A DNA stretch of 64,000 nt from the human T2T-CHM13v2.0 reference genome, Homo sapiens: NCBI RefSeq assembly GCF_009914755.1, contig NC_060933.1; one strand, written 5' to 3'. The notes below the pieces were generated by a model that saw only the letters and a program-made list of their open reading frames with translations, was not told the origin of the DNA and did no database searches. Positions 56,610 to 64,000 of this stretch are shown in pieces. Both the position numbers and the translations under genes were made by a program. Within the stretch, counting starts at the first letter, position 1. Each line of letters starts with the position of its first letter.

Positions 56610-56875
56610 GAGCAGATGTTAACTTTCCAATAAATGAGGGAAAAAAATAGATGAGAGGCATTTAGTAAACGACAGCTCTATCGCTGAGCAGGCTGGAGTT
56701 AGCACTCTGATTTCAACTGGGACTATAAAATTTTATGAGCTATTAAATTGTCCTAAACCTCCTTTACCACACAAACTCGAGTGTCTGAGATTACCCATTA
56801 AGAAAAAGTGGGTTACATCAGGAGAACTTTTACTACTTACACTCGTGTTCAATCAATAAAACTTTTAACTTGCCT
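56610..56875. promoter_or_regulatory. Candidate enhancer with clustered posterior-HOX/CDX-type sites
   Basis: CCAATAAA 56627, ATAAAATTTTAT 56725-56736, TCAATCAATAAAA 56849-56861. Confidence 0.45.
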
Positions 56876-57547
56876 TGGTGCTCCATGCAGAGCGAGGGCC
56901 CCAAGGTGGACGGGTGTCCTGGACAGGCCCCTGAACTTGGTGGAGCTGGACAGCAGGGCTTTCTGATGGGGTGGCTCACCTTTGAACTTCTGGAAGGTTC
57001 TGGCTTCTGCTTGGGGTCCCACGGTCATGACATGAATTGAGTAGCAGGTGCGGGCCCAGAGACCGGCATTGCCCACCCAGAACCCGGCAGGGAGCCCAGC
57101 AGCCAGGCTGAGGCCCGAGTGAACATGGGGACCTGAGCCCTCCCGAGAGGACAGTGCTGTCACCATCAATGCACTGAGAACCCAGTCACACACCAGCTTC
57201 TTAGGCCCCTCTCCTGTTTACAAGGCACTGAGGCCCAGGGAGGGCTCTGGCTGTCCAGGGCACGTGACTGATGAGCCATCAGCCTGACCCACCCCTGGGC
57301 ACCAGTCTGGGGTGTTCCTGCCTCCCCATGTGAGGTGGGGGGCTTGGTGAGCCTGAGGCTGAGCGGGGCCCAGGAAAATCTGATTCTGAGGTGGAAGGCC
57401 CAGGGGAAGCCCCTGGATGGCGGACCCCTCACCAGGGCAGTGAGTGAGGAACTGGGGGTCCCTTAGGGGTGGGGGCCACCTCTGAGGTTGACCCTGCAGC
57501 CAAAGGACTGTTACAGGGAAGCAGCCCTCCCTAGACAGCTGTCCTGA

Positions 57548-57713
57548 GCCCTTGCAGAACGACACCTGCAGAAGTGCCTCCACCTGCAGAACCACATCTG
57601 CACAAGAGCCTCCCCCTGCAGAACCACACCTGCAGAAGCGCCTCCCCCTGCAGAACCACACCTGCAGAAGCGCCTCCCCCTGCAGAACCACACCTGCATA
57701 AGCGCCTCCCCCT
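57548..57713. repeat. 32-bp minisatellite (cacctgcagaagcgcctccccctgcagaacca), ~5 copies
   Basis: Units start at 57563, 57595, 57627, 57659, 57691. Confidence 0.93.
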
Positions 57714-57994
57714 TTTGAAGAGGCACAGGGAGGCTCAGGCCACAGTGAGTCTGTCTGACGGGGTGCTCTGCCCCCAGGGGTTGTTTGCCTGTGCCGGGTC
57801 CACTGCCCACTGGAACCAGGTGATCCGGGCTGGCCAGTCAGAAGGAGTCTGAGGCAGGAGATGCTGCTCTGCTGGGCAGTGGGAGGTGGGCAGGGGCAGA
57901 GCCTGGCTCTCCCTCAGAGCAAGGCAGATGGGTGCTCACAGGAGCAAACGCTGCGGCTCTGGGCTGTGGTCCTGGCCATGTCCTGTCACCTCCC

Positions 57995-58105
57995 CCAGCC
58001 TCAGTTTCCTCACCTGTAAGATGTGGTGATGACACTTGTTTCATGGTGGGTTCCTGGAGACGAGATGGGGTCATATCTAATGGTGCTTTATAAAGCGCTC
58101 AGTCA
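57995..58105 (+). mobile_element. MIR fragment
   Basis: agcctcagtttcctcacctgtaagatg MIR core. Confidence 0.7.
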
Positions 58106-61100
58106 TGGTGGGAAGACTAGGGAAAAATAGATTCTGTAGACAAAAGGAAAGACTGGTAAGTGACAGAGAGAGGAGTGGGGTTGGTTTTGCCCTTTGTTCG
58201 AGAGAGGAAAGTGGGGAAGTGGTGTTTAATGGTGGCCTGTCTGCATTGTGACCCGGAGGAGAAGCTAGGGTGTTTGAGACCGGAAGAGGATCATGAGCTT
58301 GGGGGCTTCCTGAGGTCGGAGCTGCATTGGTGGGAGCAGGTTTAAGACCTGTCCTGCTCCCCAAGGGCCCACCAAGCTGTGAGGAAGAGGGGGGTCCCCG
58401 CTCATGGCCCGACCCTGTGGGAGGGCTGCCAGGCCGCAAGCCACCCAGGAGTCTTTCCTGCTTCCTGGGGTCAAGCAGATGACCTTCCTGGGACCCTTCT
58501 GGAAACGAGAAATGGTCCAGCCCTGAGTCCAAAGCTCCATTCTGCCCCATGGCCCAGAGGAACCTGACATTTCAGCCCCTGCTCTGGGGCCATAGTCTCC
58601 CAAACCTTGGCAGCTCCAGGGGGGCTGGGAGGCAGGGGGCTGGGGAGTCGGTTCCACTGGGAGGCCTGGCCCCAGCAGCATCTGGAGGGCCGGTGGCGCG
58701 GGAATTTGAAACCGTTGCGACAGACCCGTTAGGCGATTCCTGTGGGGGAGACGTTGTCTGCTGGGAGCTGGGCTTTCACATCCACTGTTTGGATAAGCGC
58801 AGCCACGGCTCACTGTCACTGTTTATGTGGCCAGCCCCCATCTCCTCCTGAGCCCCTGGAGCGTGCGTGTCTCTTGGCCGCCCAGCCCCCTGCCTGTTGT
58901 GACATCCCGGGGTGGGAAGCTCCCAGACACCCTGGTGCCTCCTGGCTGGGAAAGGGCCGGGCTCAGAGGCCTCCTGGGGCAGCCCAGGTGGGATGGAGCT
59001 GGGTCAATTTGGATTTTGGGGTGTGTGTCGTGGCGGGGGAGGTCAGCATGCAGGGCTACACATCCAGGCCTGCTGTCTGAGAGTGCACTCTGCCAGACCC
59101 CAATTAGCCTGGTATGCAGGACAGTGACCTCCCGCCCGCCTGGTGATAGACCCTTGGGATCCACTCCCAGACCCCTCTCTGCCCTCGCCAGACAACTGCT
59201 GGAGTCCCACGACCCAGGAACGCTTCTGGGGGTCAGAGGGTGCTCAGCTCCCCAGTCGTAGCCCCTCACGGGGGAGGGGAGCAGAGACTTGCCTGCCGTC
59301 CAGACCCCAGGGATCTCAAACGAGTCCTGCCACCAACTCTCTAAGGGGCTGGTGGGGTCACTGTCCCCCTGAAGGCCTTGGTTCTGAGAAGGGAGGGGAG
59401 ACTGGGGGAACTTGGAGGTGACATGGCAAGTGGGGCAGTGGAGGTTCACTCGGCTGACCCAAAGTCCAGAAGTCTTCCTTGGCCTGAAACTCCATGCCTT
59501 CAGCTACGGGGTGACTTCTAAGAGCCCCATATACATACTGATATGTGACCGAGAAAATTCACCCAGACCATCTTGGACATAGCTGCAGTGGGCAGGGGGA
59601 TGGTGCTGGGGGGGTGAGTCATTGGAGGGGCAGGCACAGACTGGGGGGTACCTTGTGGTAAAGCTGAACGTCTTGGGGGTCTTTGGGAAGGGGCCCTGGG
59701 AGGAGGAGCTGTGACATCTGTTTTGGGAGCTGAGTTGGGAAAGGGTCAGCGCTGGGTGGTGGAGCCTGTGGATGGTGAGCTGAGATGCCTCAAAACCTTC
59801 ACTGGGGTAAGTGGGGGCCCAGGAATGTTGTCAGGCAAGGGGATCGTGGGTTAGCCCCTGTCTTTTAGGAGTCTGTGATGAACTGGGGTAGGAGAGATGG
59901 GCATAGGGCCCTGAGCACTTAAATGACCACTCACCCTGTGAAAAAAGTCTTGGAGTCTTCCTCGGCCTCTGGGGAGTGGCGTCTCCTCTGGGTCACCTGT
60001 GGCGCTGCTCTCTGCCTTTTAGCTGGGTGGCTGTTTGATGGCTAAGAGGTCCTGCCCGCGTGCAGCCACATCAAACCTTAAGCCCAGGGGCACCCTGAAG
60101 CACCACACTCTGGGGCAGTGGAAGGCATTCGGTTGCCCAGAGCGTTGGAAGCTGCTCCTGGAGCACCAGCCCTGCGGAGGGAGCTCTGTCAGAGCTTCCC
60201 GAGGAAAGGGCCCTGGGGTCCGAGGTCTCAGGAATCCTGGTTCAGGTCCAACCCCATCTTTACCGAGAGACTTCCTGAGCCTTGATTTCGCACCTGCCTG
60301 GCCTCCTGCCAAGCCTGCTCAATATGCCTTGTTCTTCAAAATTTTGCCACTCCAGGACTTGTGCCACTCTGCCACTTGGGCAGGGACCCCCTTTGGGTGG
60401 GGTTAGCCTATGCCTGCCTTCACCTCCTGCGGGAGAGCAGGCAGGGAGGCCCCGGCTGTCTGGATGGGGGCTGGGAGGGAGAGTCTGGCTGTCCAGCGCT
60501 CCGAGGCTCAGCACCGAGACTACACAGCCTGCCTGAGCCTCCCAGCAGCCTGCGAGGTCCGTGCTGCAAGGGTGGGGGCTATACAGAGCAGGACACTGAG
60601 GCACACAGAGGTTCCCCCATCCAGGCGACTGCAGCCTCTCCCCAGCCTGGCCCTTCGCAGCCTTACTTACGGCCGCGGGCTGGAAGAGGGACAAACATGT
60701 ACTTCCCACTCCCGCCCCCGGGTCTTGCGGCCTCTCTGGTGGCCTCTTTCCTTGATGGCCTGGGTCACCCCACCCCCTGCCCTTGGCTGCTCTGTCTTTG
60801 GGATGCCACTGGGTCCTGGGAGGGCCGTTCTGTTGTCGCCTCCCACCTCGCCCCTCTGGCTCAGCGCTCTCATTCTCCTCTCTCTCCCTCAGCAGCCCCC
60901 TGGGGGTCTTTGCCTAGAGAAATTTCCCCAGGATCCATCCACGCGTCAGTGTTCATTCTCATAGGCCCTGGCATCTGAGCACCCTACCCTTCTCCCCGCG
61001 GGTCCACCGCCTGAGCAAGGCCCGCCTTCTATAAGGCAAGGGTTCTGCTGGGTATTTGAGGCAAGGGGTGGGGGTTGCTGGAGTCCCACCCCGGGATGCT

Positions 61101-64000
61101 GGGGCCCCCTCCCCAAAGGGAGCACCTTCTCCTCCCTCTGCAGGGCGAATGCATGGCTTTGGGGAGGGACGCCAGCCTCACAAAGTCCTTCATGTCCAGT
61201 GTAATGGCTGAGGAGTTGACCACCCTGCCGGGGCCTTCTGAGGACGGGTGGGGCAGGACCTGGGGCTGTGCCCTGAGGCAGAAGGAACCCCTCTCACAGG
61301 TGCAGAGGGAGGAGCTCAGGTGCCGGCTGGGCCTGGCCAATGCCCACCCTGCCTCCTGTGCATGCCCAAGCACACCCCTGGCTCTCTGGCCGAACCCACC
61401 TCCCCTCTCCCTGCCACTCCACGCTGGGTCCCTGTCCCCCTTCCTCCTTTCTCCCCTTTTGTGGGGGGTTTAGCTGAGTCTTTGTCCCTGAGATTTAGCT
61501 CTTGGGACCCTGGGTTCAAAGCCCTGTCCCTTTACTGACTGTGTGACCTTGGATGAGTTTAGGTGACCTCACCTGGTGTCGTGGGGCCCAGCTCCTGGGC
61601 GATGGGGTCTGTGGCACCCAGCGACGGTAGGTCTAGGGTGCTGTGCAAGCACTGTGGGCTGAGGGACGGAGGGACAGCCAGTCCTGTCCTGTGAACACCT
61701 GGTCTGTGGGAGGAAGATGGTGTGGGCCAGGGGTTGGGTCCTACTGCTGTCTGGTTGGCATGGCTGTGCCACTTTCTCATCTCGTGGCTTCAGCCCACCC
61801 CCCACCGGCTGGAACAAGGCTCTCGTTGCCTTTTGGGAAGAGAGGTGCCCAGGTGTTAGGCCTCTGAGGGCCAGGACAGCGCTGGACACATGAAAGGGTC
61901 CTTACTGCATTCCTACCACCCGCAGTCCACCCAAGGCTTAGGACTTGGGGACAGGTCAGGGCACACCCCCCAACCCCAGGCCTTTTGGTGCTTTAAGTGG
62001 GCTGGGGCTGCTAGAACCCAAACCGCAGTGCCTCCCTCTCTCACTGGCCACTTTAGAAAGTGGATTTATTGGCCTTGTGGTTTCTGAGCGGTTTTGGCTC
62101 ACAGGTGCCCAGAGCTCAGCCCGGCTGTGGAGTCCCCCGCCAGTCGCTGGGAGCCAGAGGGGTGGACAGCCTGGCAATCCTAACACTGGCTGGCCCTGGC
62201 TCGACACCCAGTTCCCAGCTGGGCCTCTGACTGGGCCGTGTCCCGCTGCAGCCAGGTGGGAGGATGCTCCTGTGCCCCCAGGGGCTGCCCCCGACGGTTC
62301 GGCTGGGGTCCTGGGGTTGGCTGTTCCAGTGCCCTCTGGCTCGCGGCAGCCCCAAAGCCAGAGCCCGCTACTGGTTATAAGCTCAGACGTGGGGAGGCGT
62401 CTACCCCATGTAGGGAGCGGCGGGCCGTTGGGGGCCAGGGCTCTGCCCTTCCCAGCTAGATCCGCCTCTTCCCAACCACGAAGGCAGGGCAGGGCCTAGG
62501 TCAGGACAGGCAAAAATGGGGGCATCCTGCTCTGCAGCTTCCCACCTGCCACCTTGGAGGGACACCCTCTCTCTAGGGTTCGGTCTTCTCCTGCCTCATA
62601 GGGTCCATTCGGTCACTCACCAGGCATTAACTGGGCACCTACTGTGTGCTTGGTGCAGCTCCAGTCCCAGTTCTTGTTGGTCCAGTCCCCACTCCACCTC
62701 TCACTTTACCTCCTGCCATGCTTCTCCCTCTGGGGAGCCTTCCTGTCCTCCCCACCCCGAGTCGGGCCCAATGTTCTGCTGTGGCTCCCTGGTCATGCGT
62801 GTGTTTCTCCCCGCAGCTCGACACCTCCCAGGTGTCTAGGCAGGTCCTGGTCTGCCCGTCCCTGGGCGAGGGCCATTTCCACGCGGGGTGCTGCCTCCGA
62901 GGCTCATGGGTGTTGCTGGGTGAATGATGGTGGGCTTAGGGCCAGGGGGACTCGAGGAGGTTGGCAGGGTGAACCTGATGCCCCTGCTGATGCCATAGAT
63001 GCGGGCAGTGCCAGGCACCTTGCCTGGCGGCACAGACTCTGGGAGGGGAGGCCACCCAACAGCTGGCGACACTGGGCCTTGGAGGGTAGAGCCACTCGCC
63101 AGATCGACAGAGGGTGCCGGGGCTGATCTGGCCTCGGGACTGGTCCCTGTCACTAAGGCTGGCCTTGGCATCTGTGCTGCATGGAGGCCACACCTCCCCA
63201 GTGCCTGGCCGATCCCCAGGGGAGCTCCGTGTGCCCTCAGCACCATCATTACGGGGTGGAGTGGTCCTAGAGGAGCTAAGGACCGCCCCGTGATGAGGTT
63301 CTGCCCTCAAAGCGTGCTGCTCGCCAGGCTCCGTGCAGCTGTGTAGATGAGGGTCCCATTCTCCACTGACCCTTTGGTAGCTCTCTGCAGAGCTGGGCTC
63401 CCGGCTCCTTCCTATCCTTGGGGGTGCTCGGCAGCCCCGGCTGAGAATGACGTTAATCAGGGTTTCCTCCTGGCTGGTTCCAGGAAGATTCAGGGTGAGG
63501 AGGGAGGGGCTGTATCCGCACTCAGGAGCCCTGCGTCTGTGCAGACAACCTGCAGACACAGGCGGACCTGGGGCCCTTCCACAGCGTGCACACACGTGCG
63601 CCCGCAGACACCACATCTGCCCATGGAGGCCATGGTATGGGGCACACATGCCGGTGGGGCTGTGGGCAGCCTGCGTGCCCCCTGTTGCCGCCCCCCACCC
63701 TGGCAGCTGGGAGCCTCCTTTTGCAACTCTCACATTTATTTTACAGTGCTCTGCATCGGCAGAAGCTTTCAAAACACTTTCTGCTTGTTTACCGAGCTGT
63801 GCAAGAACATTTTGTCTCCACTCCAACTTAGCCTTCCTTCCAGAAGGATCAGGAACGTGCCCATCTCCAAGCGGCGCCAGCAGTGGCCCCAGCTTCTTAA
63901 AGGGCCAGCTGGGCTCACCTCAGAGGGGGCAGTGGGGGCTTGGACAGAGGCCAACAGGCCGGTCTCTTGCCACCCTCAGGGACTGCCGGCCGCTGACACT

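Noticed and set aside
57548-57713. CRISPR-like array (32-bp period)
   Set aside because: Head-to-tail units with no unique spacers, in primate DNA.

Overview
Primate genomic DNA, human-like (AluY, AluS and AluJ are all present). It is GC-rich and apparently entirely non-coding, either a long intron or an intergenic regulatory landscape; I cannot assign the locus. No credible protein-coding exon, tRNA, rRNA or CRISPR was found, and the long ORFs are by-products of tandem repeats or Alus. Contents: about 25 Alu pieces, L2/MIR/L1M relics, MER44A, an HSMAR2 5' end and an MLT1 LTR, with an AT-rich TE-built block at ~26.6-36.2 kb. Three large tandem arrays (8.5-9.2, 14.1-17.7, 39.5-40.2 kb) each appear to have grown inside an old transposon. 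There is a strong CTCF site with upstream motif at 2.6 kb and five AT-rich, motif-dense enhancer-like islands (21.3, 22.5, 37.9, 52.2, 56.6 kb), two of them packed with nested palindromes. The most unusual signal is a set of old, locally templated duplications. Two (41.24 and 45.47 kb) are bracketed at both junctions by perfect fold-back hairpins. The first preserves the two-unit, pre-expansion seed of the neighbouring minisatellite; the second forms a 103-bp inverted repeat whose mismatches are almost all G-U compatible. A third is an inverted copy of an Alu plus ~390 bp of its flank, sitting inside an L1. Repeat family names come from recalled consensus sequences; no database search was run.
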